Source: Aduncisulcus paluster | Taxonomy: Eukaryota | Assembly (NCBI GenBank): GCA_024181965.1 | Contig: BQXS01010878.1 | Location: 1-43,768 of the forward strand | Reading direction: 5' to 3' | DNA length: 43,768 nt | Part shown: positions 22,090 through 33,000 of the stretch, piece after piece | How positions within the stretch are numbered: the stretch's first letter is position 1 | Layout: each line of letters begins with the position of its first letter | Notes under the pieces: generated by a model | Database searches by the model: none | What the model saw: only the letters and a program-made list of their open reading frames with translations | What the model was told of the DNA's origin: nothing | Translations under genes and position numbers: made by a program

Positions 22090-22614
22090 ATGGATACCAT
22101 TTATATCTCAAATCTTTTTCCTGGATGTACCCAGAAAGATATCGAAGAATTGTTACCTTCCAGTGTTACACTCAAGGCTTCTCGTTTTAATACTACTCCT
22201 TCTGGTATTACCTTTGCCTTCATAACTCTTGATGGAACCTCTCATGATATAAAGGAAACTGTATCCAAGCTTGATGGATTTCTATTCCGCGAACGCCATT
22301 TGCGTGTTGAATTCCCAAAAGATCCAAAGCATGAGCGTACTATATATATATCTTCTATTCCTGATGGAATCAGATCTCCTGATTTAATGAAGGCATTCGA
22401 GGCATTCGCTCCCGAGAGAGCCTATGTGAGGTGTTTGAACCGTGGAACTGAGAACCAGAGAGAAATTGGATTTGTTGTCTTATCTGATAAAGCCACTCGG
22501 GATAGGGTTTTGGAAGAAATGAAAGATTTAAAATTGGGTGATGTTTCTGTGACGATTGCTAGTGCCCACCGCCCTCGTTATCGTCCACGTTCCTCACACC
22601 ATCTTGAAGAATAA
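22090..22614 (+). CDS. Small RNA-binding protein with two RRM domains
   Basis: RNP2-like TIYISNL and TIYISSI, RNP1-like FAFITL and IGFVVL, and LDGFLFRERHLRVEF. First ATG at 22090. Confidence 0.85.
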   Translation: MDTIYISNLFPGCTQKDIEELLPSSVTLKASRFNTTPSGITFAFITLDGTSHDIKETVSKLDGFLFRERHLRVEFPKDPKHERTIYISSIPDGIRSPDLMKAFEAFAPERAYVRCLNRGTENQREIGFVVLSDKATRDRVLEEMKDLKLGDVSVTIASAHRPRYRPRSSHHLEE

Positions 22615-22826
22615 GATCGTTTTTATATAAAACTTCAAGTCTAGTAAATATGTTCATCAATAATGGTGATTATTCTCCATCTCAGCCAAATTAAAGGCAT
22701 CAAAACATTAAATAATGAGACATGCCTTCATAGCCTTCTATTATTTAATTTTGAACATAAAAAGACATTTTGATTTACTAAGCAACAAGAATACCTTTTG
22801 CACTCATTTGAGAAATATCTACAAAT

Positions 22827-23711
22827 ATGGTGTCCTGGATTAGTACATTATTCACGAGTACAGTCATATTATTTTCGATATATATCATTATACGATTTAT
22901 ATTTAGAGAATCCAAGCTATTAATTAAACGATTGCCTTCTTCAAAAGATACGTTGCCCAAATTGCCATTATTTGTCGATTCAATGAGCAAACCTAATATA
23001 TCATTTATTATTGATTTGGTGAATGATGGTCAAGATGATATGACACAATTAGATAAGCTTATTTCAAAATGCACAGATTTCGTTCAAGGATATGATAAAT
23101 TCTTTGAAATTATTCTCTGTACACCTTTCTTATCCCGCGATCATAAGTCTGAGCTTCGAAAGATTATCCAACATTTGAAGGATGCTCACCCCACTGTTCC
23201 TTTCATTGTGATTGATGGATCTAAACATTACGGGAGTTCAAAATGCTTGTCTGGTTTATTGGTTAGAAATGCCATGTTGCAAGCCTCTGGCCGAACCCTT
23301 TTCATTTTGTCTTCATCGATCTCTCCCGAATCTATATCAACATATTCCAAGACTCCATTGACAACTGTTCATGGAGCTACAATTGATATTTGTTGGAACA
23401 AAAAGGTTATATGCATGAATCGTGATGTAGCTACTCTTATTGCTCCATCTCTTCATTGGCATGGAAAAGAATGGAGATCTGAATGCATATATCTGGCAAA
23501 GGCAGTATCAATCCCTGAATTACGCGCTACGGTTGACGAAAAAAAGAAATTTATCGAGATGATTACTCCTCTATTTGTATCTGTGGTCTGCCGTGTGTTA
23601 TATTTTTTGAAGGCTTGGAAAGTGGATTCGCGAGGCTTAAAGCAATGCATTTTGAAGGATATCAAGTTAAATAGATTTATTAATGTTGAAATAGAGAGAA
23701 GAGAGATATAA
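22827..23711 (+). CDS. Divergent ALG5-like (GT2, dolichyl-phosphate glucosyltransferase-like) protein, DxD motif apparently lost
   Basis: N-terminal TM helix, PNISFII, FEIIL, VRNAMLQASGRTLFIL and RDVATLIAPSLH...ECIYLAK follow the ALG5 motif order. Confidence 0.6.
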   Translation: MVSWISTLFTSTVILFSIYIIIRFIFRESKLLIKRLPSSKDTLPKLPLFVDSMSKPNISFIIDLVNDGQDDMTQLDKLISKCTDFVQGYDKFFEIILCTPFLSRDHKSELRKIIQHLKDAHPTVPFIVIDGSKHYGSSKCLSGLLVRNAMLQASGRTLFILSSSISPESISTYSKTPLTTVHGATIDICWNKKVICMNRDVATLIAPSLHWHGKEWRSECIYLAKAVSIPELRATVDEKKKFIEMITPLFVSVVCRVLYFLKAWKVDSRGLKQCILKDIKLNRFINVEIERREI

Positions 23712-24059
23712 ATATTTCGAATTCCAGAAGGGAAGGATTTGAATCTTCGTCAGATTTTTTTAAAAAAAAATGGGAAGTTCATCAAATTCAACAATGATCT
23801 TCGGTTTTTGAGTTAAAATCTCATTTATTATCCCCTAATACAGAGTCACTACAGGACAGTTGGCTTCATTATCTTTTTCAAGCGGATATTCCTCCTCCAA
23901 GAAAATATCAACCAAAAATAAATTAAATAATTGTAAACTGAGCATATTGATTTATAAATTAAACTCCAAAAAAATATTTTAACGATCAGAGTCAGAGAAT
24001 ATTTCTGCCAACTCATTTCACCTGAATTTGGACAACATAACATATTAAACAATTCAAAA

Positions 24060-24728
24060 ATGGGTCTTAGAAGAGCTGCTAAAACTGAAGAAGCCCCAGC
24101 AGAAGTCGATCGTGCCACTATTTCTGAAAAGAGGGAAGGATTTGATAAAAGAGCTGCTGGATTACAAGATCAGATCGACAAAATAAGTTCTGAACTTCAC
24201 GGATTAATGAAAGAGTATAAAACAGCCCCTGCCTCAAGAAAGATGCTCCTCAAACGTAAGATGCAGTCCCTTATCCAGCGTCGTAAAGGTTTTGAAAAAC
24301 GCCAGAAAATGATCACTGCTCAGAGCAATACTTTATTTTCCATCGAAAGTGCCCTTGATCAAGTTGAAACTGTATCAATGATTAGCAAAGAACTCACTGA
24401 AGTTTCCAAAGTGATTAAGTCAATTAATCCAGAAGGAATCTCTGCACAAATGGATCAAATGGCTGATATGATGGCCGATATTAGGGATGTTACAGATGAT
24501 ATGACCATGGCCTTTGATTTTGATGATGATATGATGGGTGTTGATGAAGAACTTGATGCTGAACTTGCTGCCCTTGAACAAGAATGTATTGATGAGGCAT
24601 TCGGCGCTGCCAGTGACCCCGTTGCTGCTGTTTCTGCACCTACCACGGAAGAACCTGCTACTTCTGCTCCTGTAGCTCCTGTTTCAACTACCGGTGGTGA
24701 TCCTAGTGAGATTGATTTTGATTGTTAA
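24060..24728 (+). CDS. ESCRT-III Snf7-family protein, Vps60/CHMP5-like
   Basis: Basic N-terminal helical hairpin (LKRKMQSLIQRRKGFEKR), acidic C-terminal half and the VDEELDAELAALE motif. Confidence 0.85.
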   Translation: MGLRRAAKTEEAPAEVDRATISEKREGFDKRAAGLQDQIDKISSELHGLMKEYKTAPASRKMLLKRKMQSLIQRRKGFEKRQKMITAQSNTLFSIESALDQVETVSMISKELTEVSKVIKSINPEGISAQMDQMADMMADIRDVTDDMTMAFDFDDDMMGVDEELDAELAALEQECIDEAFGAASDPVAAVSAPTTEEPATSAPVAPVSTTGGDPSEIDFDC

Positions 24729-25125
24729 GCGTAGAATGATATGATCTTCTTTTATTGAGTTTATTAGCCACTGAAATCCTTTTCATTTCATTAAATGGAG
24801 CAATCAATCTTTCAAAGATTGAAGTTCTAGACTGAAAGGCTCTCAGCATCTTTGCATATTGATCGACTTGGATTTTCTTGAAATAATTGTCAATTCATCA
24901 ATGAAATAATAGTTATATGACATTTCTGATAATAAAAATCCGTCTTAATAGTTTTTGATGAAGATTCCACTCAAGGTGAATCTAGTCAAATTATTCTGAA
25001 ATGAAAGCCAAAATAAATATCATATTTACTATTTATTGCCAATTATAAACAATGATATGTCATCAATTATCTGATGTGAAATACTGTACAATACTTGGAG
25101 TTTGTAGAGAGCATATATAAATTCA

Positions 25126-26046
25126 ATGGATAAAAAGAAATTGTTTAAGCAAGCTAAAGATCTCAGAAAGAAAGTTAAAGTATTGCATGACGAAATTTAT
25201 CGGAAAGCTTTCCACTCAATCTCTTTCGGATTACCCGATGCTATCTTAAGATTAGAGAAGATACTCAAAAGTCACCCCCTTTTACAAGAGGGATACTCAG
25301 CTCGATATGCTGTAGAATTAAAGAGAACCGTGATGGCTGGATGGATAGATGAAAAAGAATTATTAATGCAAATAGACGCTGCTCCACTCGAAACTCCTGT
25401 TTTACTTCCAACCAAAAAGAGATCTTCAATTAAAGGGGCCATATCTGCCGATATTTTGAGAGTTGCTGTGCTCCCTCCCAAGTCTTTTGATTCCACTGAA
25501 GTCGAAGGTCCATTTAAGGCCACGAAAGAAGATATTTCACTTGCAAGCCTCCCAATGTCAGCTCGGGATGCAATGGAAATGTGGAGGGTCACAATTCTTA
25601 AGGATGTTACCCGTCCAGTTGTCGAATTATATGCCATGATGAAAGATGAAATCGTTAAAATTGCTGAAATGCTCAATTCTATGAAAATGATGTTCCAGCT
25701 TAGAATGCCAAAGATTGAAGGTGGTCAGAACTTTGGTTTATCCGTTCAAACTGGATTTTTATCTGAATTAGGACGCGTCGAAGATGCCATTCTTACCCTC
25801 AAAGAGGAATCAATGAAATACCATCTTGAGAGAGGAAAGTTGCTTACTAAGCTTGAGAAAATGCCTACTGTTAGAGACTTATACCTTGCCATGATAATGA
25901 AAGATGAGAAGGAATTGAGCGAATTTAGATCAAGTGTGAGCGATATCAAGAGTCTCTTGTTGATAATATATGACCAATTGAGAAAGAATGAAGACGTATT
26001 GTTGAAAGTACACAAACAAGATCAGGTTCAAGGTATGGTAATGTGA
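25126..26046 (+). CDS. Proteasome activator PA28/REG (11S) subunit
   Basis: Activation loop QLRMPKIEGGQNFGLSVQ (canonical IPKIEDGNNFGV.IQ), YHLERGKLLTK, IYDQLRKN. Confidence 0.9.
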   Translation: MDKKKLFKQAKDLRKKVKVLHDEIYRKAFHSISFGLPDAILRLEKILKSHPLLQEGYSARYAVELKRTVMAGWIDEKELLMQIDAAPLETPVLLPTKKRSSIKGAISADILRVAVLPPKSFDSTEVEGPFKATKEDISLASLPMSARDAMEMWRVTILKDVTRPVVELYAMMKDEIVKIAEMLNSMKMMFQLRMPKIEGGQNFGLSVQTGFLSELGRVEDAILTLKEESMKYHLERGKLLTKLEKMPTVRDLYLAMIMKDEKELSEFRSSVSDIKSLLLIIYDQLRKNEDVLLKVHKQDQVQGMVM

Positions 26047-26607
26047 GATGGAAATAATAAAACCTTATAATTCAGCTATTCACTTGAAATAATATCTCTA
26101 AGCGGATAAAGTGACTACAAAAGAATAAGAATAAATGGTATTTGTTTCTTGATTTTGATCATATTCCAAGTTAAAGCATATTCATTCATTTTGATAGCAT
26201 TTATCATAATTCAATCTCATATATGGAAGGTTTTGCAAAGAAAGCTGATGGTTCAGTTCGTGTAGTGAAAAAGTTTCGTTCNNNNNNNNNNNNNNNNNNN
26301 NAATTGAGAAAGAATGAAGACGTATTGTTGAAAGTACACAAACAAGATCAGGTTCAAGGTATGGTAATGTGAGATGGAAATAATAAAACCTTATAATTCA
26401 GCTATTCACTTGAAATAATATCTCTAAGCGGATAAAGTGACTACAAAAGAATAAGAATAAATGGTATTTGTTTCTTGATTTTGATCATATTCCAAGTTAA
26501 AGCATATTCATTCATTTTGATCGCATTTATCATAATTCAATCTCATATATGGAAGGTTTTGCAAAGAAAGCTGATGGTTCAGTTCGTGTAGTGAAAAAGT
26601 TTCGTTC
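25976..26607. other. Assembly gap (N 26282-26301) with duplicated flanks
   Basis: 25976-26281 is repeated at 26302-26607, with a mismatch (A26196 vs C26522). Confidence 0.95.
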
Positions 26608-27430
26608 TAGAGCTCATGCTAATCCATTGAGTGATGACCATATTAAGAATCCATCTTCTCCGGATGATTTTGATTATGCTGCGTTCTATCCTGGATTTTC
26701 ACCCGAAAAGAGAATCGCTTATTTTGATATTGGAAGTGGATACGGTGGATTACTTTCATTTATGGCTCCTCATCTTCCCGATGATTTGATCATTGGTATG
26801 GAACTTAGGGTTCAACCAGTATCGTATGCACAGGAACAAATCTTAAGACAGAGGAATCCGTCGAGAGGATCATTATTGGAAGGTGAAAAAATGGATGAAG
26901 AGAGTGGAAAACGTCGTTTTCTTGAAAAAGATACCCCAGCAGTTGATTTGAGTCCAATACCTGTTGAAAAACATCATTTTAACAATGTTGCATGTGTCAG
27001 GTGTAATGTCATGAAAGCATTTCATAGATATTCTCATAAAGGTCAAGCTAAAGGTCTCTTCATTCTATTTCCAGATCCTCATTGGAAAAAGGCCAATATA
27101 CGCCGGAGAATTGTCTCACAGACATTATTAGATGTATATGCGTATTCTTTGAAAATTGGAGGGCACTTATTTATTGCTACCGACGTGGAAGATCTTTTTC
27201 ATTGGATGTGTGATCACGTAGATACTCATCCTCTCTTTGAACGTATGTCAGAGGCCGATCAGGAAAAAGAATTAACTTCGGCGGAACAATTTGTTTTCAA
27301 AAATATAACAGAAGTAACTGCAGATGCTACCCGAGCTCAAAGAAAGAAACCCACAGAAAAAAGACATAAGATTGTATATAGAAGAATAATAGCCAAGAAA
27401 GAAACAGAATTTTCAAGATTTTTTGAATAA
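26549..27430 (+). CDS. TRM8: tRNA (guanine-N7)-methyltransferase catalytic subunit (Trm8/METTL1)
   Basis: FRSRAHANPLSD, DIGSGYGGLL, IGMELR, LFPDPHWKK, RRIVS, TDVEDLFHWM, HPLFER. Confidence 0.95.
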   Translation: MEGFAKKADGSVRVVKKFRSRAHANPLSDDHIKNPSSPDDFDYAAFYPGFSPEKRIAYFDIGSGYGGLLSFMAPHLPDDLIIGMELRVQPVSYAQEQILRQRNPSRGSLLEGEKMDEESGKRRFLEKDTPAVDLSPIPVEKHHFNNVACVRCNVMKAFHRYSHKGQAKGLFILFPDPHWKKANIRRRIVSQTLLDVYAYSLKIGGHLFIATDVEDLFHWMCDHVDTHPLFERMSEADQEKELTSAEQFVFKNITEVTADATRAQRKKPTEKRHKIVYRRIIAKKETEFSRFFE

Positions 27431-27515
27431 AATACCAAATTCTTTTGAGAAACTCTGCCCATTATCCCGTGATTAATTCAGTAGTGTCCAATCACATTTT
27501 GCCACTGTTATTAAC

Positions 27516-27824
27516 ATGTCTTTCCCAGCCGATCAATTAATTCCTCTTCAAAGTCGTATTATTGTCCAAACTCTTAGAACCGTTAAGAAAGTTGGAGATG
27601 TTTTGCTCCCCGAAACAGCCAAGATGGAAGACTTCAAACAAGGAACTGTTATTTCGACCGGCGAAGGTAGATATTCATTTAATGGTTCAATTATTCCATG
27701 TTCTGTTAAACCTGGTGATCGTGTTCTGTTTGGAAATAGAACTGGAATGAAATTAAGCTCTTCTAGCGATTCTGACTATTATATGCTTGGAGATGAAGCA
27801 ATATTAGCAAAATTCAAAGAATAA
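27516..27824 (+). CDS. cpn10: Chaperonin 10 (GroES/Hsp10), probably of the mitochondrion-related organelle
   Basis: LIPLQSRIIV, GDVLLPETA, GTVISTGEG, VKPGDRVLF, ILAK; 102 aa. Confidence 0.92.
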   Translation: MSFPADQLIPLQSRIIVQTLRTVKKVGDVLLPETAKMEDFKQGTVISTGEGRYSFNGSIIPCSVKPGDRVLFGNRTGMKLSSSSDSDYYMLGDEAILAKFKE

Positions 27825-28249
27825 TGTGTGTCACTCATTTCCTTTTTCAATATATATTTAAACTTGACCCTCCAACATTCGATACTCACAGCGTGACAGT
27901 TCGATATCTAACAGCTTGATAAATAAATTCAATATTTTATTATCACATTGATTTTTATGAATCATATCTTCAAAATTAGTTCAACAATTGATCCCAGAAG
28001 AAAACTGATTTCGATTTTGACAACAACATAGACGAAATACATAAACATCAAAGATGTACTGCTTTTCATTACTATACAATAAACTCACTAAATATTAAAC
28101 AAAAATCAATTTTTTTACAATTTGGCCAAAAACTTATCTGTTTTTTGAACTGAGTGAATATTGAAATACATTTTTGTTGAATCAACAGAAATTTTGTTTA
28201 ATAATATTCCTTTACTCTATAAATTATCTCACTAATATCAAATTTCCAT

Positions 28250-29914
28250 ATGATTTCACGCAAAGATACTTCACAGAGTTTTTCGTTAAGAACTGATGAT
28301 ATTCCTGGAGCACAACCAAGGAAAAATGCTTGGAAACAAAGAACAGATGGCAGTGGGCCGAATTATGACTCGTATGAAGGAGTTCATCCTAGACAATTAC
28401 ATCCATCTTCCATATCTCGCGATGTTTTAATCCACACTACCAGAGATATTGAAGGAGCCTATCCAAAGGAGAAAGGGTTCCGCACTACACGTCATGTTGA
28501 CCCATTGAATCCCCAATATAAGCTTCCAACGACAAAAACTATTAAAGCTCCAACCCCCAAGTTTTTACGTGATACACTTGATGTTACAGACATTAAAGGG
28601 ACCAAAACGAAGCCTTTATATGTTGGACCAACTAAAGATTTGATGCGTACAGATGATTTACTTACTGTAGAATCTGCTAATGCCAAGCGTCTTGAATGGC
28701 TTGCTACAGTGGAGCCTCATACACGTTTCGATGTCAAAGATATCAATCAGCATTCAAGAAAGATTACTTACGATATTAATCCCGCGGATCCAGAGTGGAA
28801 ATGGAGTGGAGATGTATTGAAAAGACCTCAACCAGTTCACCGTGCGGAAAGGAAGAAACTCCCAAAAGATTGGGATGGAAACCCATCTACGAGTCTTTCT
28901 GTTGCTGGAATTTCACGTGCAACTCCTAGAAAAGTATTATCCGTGCCTAAATCGACTGAACGTAATACAAATCTTGATATTGTCGATATCAAGGGTGTTC
29001 TTCCTGGAAAACCACATCTTTGGAAGAGTAGAAGACATACTGACCCGTTAGATCCTGATTATTCAACTTACGATCAAATTCCCTTGCCTAAAAGATCTGG
29101 TCCCATTGCCGGAAAACCTGCTGATCGTGGTTCAGATGGAGTTGCTATCTGTGTCCATGCCAAGAAATTACATGAAATTACAGCCAAATATGAAAGCGAC
29201 AGAGCAAAGAAGGGTGGCAAAATGGAACGTTTTACTCATCGTCTTTTCCAGCAAGATAGACCCGATTTTTGTTCCGGATTATCATCAAAACAAATTGACA
29301 AGGCCAAAGAAGAGCAATATTCAAGGAAGAAGCGTGAATTTCAAAGAGTTGAACATTCACGAGTTCTTGCTCGAGTTCCCCAAGTCACAGGCATGTTAAC
29401 GGGTCCCCACGAACAAACTCTTCGTTATGGAGCCTGGGATAAGCGTGAAAGTGATGTTGGAAGAAAAGAGAAGCTGATGTTCACAAAGAAGTTTGACCAG
29501 GTCGATCCAAGGAGCGAACACTTGTTAGGGGCCCATGATAGTGTATATCCAAAGATTCCATCGGCTCTAATGGCTGGTATCACGTCGGATAACCCTGCAT
29601 TTACCCTTCAGGCCCAGAAAGAGAGGGAAAGACCCGTTCGAATGCGTGCTACAGGTTTTGGTGAGAGGACGACCCGTGTATCTGGCTCCACTTATGGCAA
29701 ACCAATGAGCACTGCCGCTGGGAAGTTCACTGAGAAGTCTGGGAGAGCTAAACCAGAGGTGTTCCTTCAGACAAGTTCAATGCCCTCTCGAAGTGCCATG
29801 ATTGGGAAAACAAGAATAGATCCCCCACCTTCATCAGCTGTATTAACCAGGAAGTCTATCATTGCCGAGAAGAGAGCAGAGATAAGTGCGGTTAAAGATC
29901 TTCCAGATTTCTAG
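28250..29914 (+). CDS. Basic, repeat-containing hypothetical protein (DIxG and DPLxPxY motifs), possibly flagellar/microtubule-associated
   Basis: Repeated LRTDDIPGAQP, TRDIEGAYP, LDVTDIKGT, LDIVDIKGV and RHVDPLNPQY, INPADPEW, RHTDPLDPDY. Function is inferred. Confidence 0.7.
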   Translation: MISRKDTSQSFSLRTDDIPGAQPRKNAWKQRTDGSGPNYDSYEGVHPRQLHPSSISRDVLIHTTRDIEGAYPKEKGFRTTRHVDPLNPQYKLPTTKTIKAPTPKFLRDTLDVTDIKGTKTKPLYVGPTKDLMRTDDLLTVESANAKRLEWLATVEPHTRFDVKDINQHSRKITYDINPADPEWKWSGDVLKRPQPVHRAERKKLPKDWDGNPSTSLSVAGISRATPRKVLSVPKSTERNTNLDIVDIKGVLPGKPHLWKSRRHTDPLDPDYSTYDQIPLPKRSGPIAGKPADRGSDGVAICVHAKKLHEITAKYESDRAKKGGKMERFTHRLFQQDRPDFCSGLSSKQIDKAKEEQYSRKKREFQRVEHSRVLARVPQVTGMLTGPHEQTLRYGAWDKRESDVGRKEKLMFTKKFDQVDPRSEHLLGAHDSVYPKIPSALMAGITSDNPAFTLQAQKERERPVRMRATGFGERTTRVSGSTYGKPMSTAAGKFTEKSGRAKPEVFLQTSSMPSRSAMIGKTRIDPPPSSAVLTRKSIIAEKRAEISAVKDLPDF

Positions 29915-30059
29915 TCATATTTTTATTAGATTTTGTTGAATGAAAAAAATAAATTTCATGTTTGTAGAAAATTTCAGATGTTCAACCGGCATTTCGCCTG
30001 TATATTACCGGTAATTAGTAATACTGTCGAAGTGTGAAGAATATTGGAAAGATTGGTCA

Positions 30060-33000
30060 CTATTTTCGATGCTTTCTACAGTAAAAACAGGGAGATTCAT
30101 CCTCAAACTTCCATCCAGACTTAAGTGCACATTCGGCATGTACACTCACATCACATGATGATATCCAACATCCGATTGAAGCCCCGTACTCCCCGCATAA
30201 TGCACATTTTAACTTACTTGCTCTTTGCGCACTCCTTGAAGTGTTGAACCACATTGCTCCATATTCTGTCCCATCTAATTGCTCTCCTCTCTCCTCCTCT
30301 CCCTCTCTCTCTTCCTCTCCCTCTCTCTCTTCCTCCTTTTCTTCCTCCTTTTCTTCAGAGACTACGCTTCCTCTGACCTCTGCAGGGCTCGCAGTGTAGG
30401 TCTCGGGGGACAAGAAGGCACACATATAGTGGAAGAAAAGACATGGTTTCTGTGCTGGTAAAGGGTCAGAAGAAAATGGAAGACAGGAAGCTTGAGGAGA
30501 AGGGAGATATGGAGTGATAAAGGGGCTTGTTTCAAGCTTGTGGGGGGTTTTCTCTCCTTCTTTCCTTTCTTTCCCATCAACAAGAGTTGTGGGAATCATA
30601 TCAGTAACAACTGGACCAACTAATGGCCCTAAACTTCCATTCTTGACCATAGATTTAATGGAAGGTAATGACATTGTTTCATGAGTCAAGGATGGGAATC
30701 TTGGATCTACAATCAAAGGCACTCCACCAACACATAACTCACAGGGTTTAGAAGAGCTTCCATACAAACTATCCTTTGGTTGAGAGTCCCAGTAAGGAGA
30801 AAATGATAAAGGAGAGTGGCAAAATGCACAAACACGCATTGATTTGTCAATGGTGTGAACGATGGCTGAATGATAGGATATTAACTGAGAAATATTTAGA
30901 GAACATCCATGGACAGACTTGAGCATATCCACAAGGAAGATTCGAGAAGACTTAACAAGCAAATCAAGACCACGGTGTGCCGAGGAAGAAGAGGAAGAGG
31001 AAGAGGAAGAGGAAGAGGAAGATGAGCTTGAAGATGAGTGTTTTAATACCCATCGCGGAGTGCAAGAGAGNNNNNNNNNNNNNNNNNNNNATGTTGTGAA
31101 CGATGGCTGAATGATAGGATATTAACTGAGAAATATTTAGAGAACATCCATGGACAGACTTGAGCATATCCACAAGGAAGATTCGAGAAGACTTAACAAG
31201 CAAATCAAGACCACGGTGTGCCGAGGAAGAAGAGGAAGAGGAAGAGGAAGAGGAAGAGGAAGAGGAAGAGGAAGAGGAAGATGAGCTTGAAGATGAGTGT
31301 TTTAATACCCATCGCGGAGTGCAAGAGAGAGGAAGAGATCCCATTTCAACGAGAAGATCTTCCTCGATATCCTCTTGGCCTCCTGGGGGTCGGATAAAAT
31401 CACACAAAGGTGATAATGGAAGAATCGGATGAGGGAAAGATTCAGAAAGACCATCAATGATCTTAACAAGCTTCCTATCTTGTTCGGAACAAGATATGGA
31501 ATATAGATTATCAAGATCAGAGGGAGAAAGTAGAGGAGTCCCAGGAACACAATGCAACGGAATATTGAAGACTTCTGTAGTAGTATCCCCAGATTCTGAC
31601 GAAAAAATCTCATGGGGTTTATGTTTATCAGGATTTTTATCCTTATCTTCACTGAATTCACTTTCCCATTGTTTATCGTTCCATTCCAAACCTTCACCGA
31701 GCCAGACCGTGCCTTGATGAGCCAATAAATGTGCAAATTGATAATGATTCTTCTTGGATATTTTTTCTTGAGATTGTTTTTCTTGGGAACGTTTTTCTTG
31801 GGAATGTTGATCGGGTTTCTCCGTCATCTTCTTTCCTTCTTTTCGTTGCTCTGGAACTGAACATTTCTTTCGATCGATTCCCTTTGTAAGTCTGACACTA
31901 AAAGAAGCACACCCGACCACACCCTGGATATCCTCAACGTTATGTATCTCACAGTGTGGAATTGAGGAAGAGGGTGGGAATGGTACAAAAATAGACGAGA
32001 AACTATTAATAGAACGAATGAATTGTGACGATGACTGCTCCTCAGTTTCTTTGATTTCTTCCTCTTGAAGATGTTTATCTTGTTCTTTATCATCTTTCTT
32101 CTTTTTCTCTTCCATGTCCTTTCCTTGATTTGATGAGCCCACCAATGATGGATCTTTCTCTTTAAGAGTTTGTGCGGAACAACACCAAACAGGTCCATAC
32201 ACCCAAATTCCATTCTCATCGGAGAAAAGTCTGTCCACACGGATATATACGGACAACGAAGAGTGAGATGTCTGTGAGTGGGGTGCGAGAAGACACAAAT
32301 CACCCACGGCAACGATCACACATCGTTTCTTAGCGGAGGATGTGGAGTGTAATAGAGATATGGCAAGTTGATCTATTATAAATCCCTTTGTATTGGGTGT
32401 TATATTGGGTTTTATAAGGTATTTATGCATCAAAACCATCGCACAGACAGGGCAGAGTGTTTTTTTCTCAGTGCAACAACATTGTAACGAACGGGGATCA
32501 AGAGGATACGGAATACTCGATTCGTTATAAATATCTATTAATTCTTTGAAAGGGGTGTTCGTAATCCTTTCAATTTCTCCTCGGAGAGTGCAAACTAACG
32601 GATTGGTGGAATCACAAACAACAGTGGAAAAAGACTTTCGTTGATCCTCAGATTTAACAAACATACACAGTTGATTGAATACAAGAGCAAAATCGTATAA
32701 TACAGAAGGATATAGAATTAAATTTGTAATCGCGGGACACACAGGAGAACCGAGGAATTGCAATTCTCGAATGGTGGGGATCCCATGCCGAGCATAATAT
32801 TCTTGCGCTTTTTTGAGACAAACAGATAAACCACTGGTTGAATCGTCATGTTTTGGAAATATTTCAGGAATTTTATCGGGAGATTTGGAAATATGAACAA
32901 TATGTTCAGCTAATACCCAACCACTAATGATGAAAATATTTGGAAATTAAGTGTTAGAGTAAAAATAAAAGGGGAAAGGGGTATATATCCATAAAAACAC

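Noticed and set aside
26223-26281. Second truncated TRM8 start
   Set aside because: Part of the duplicated gap flank.
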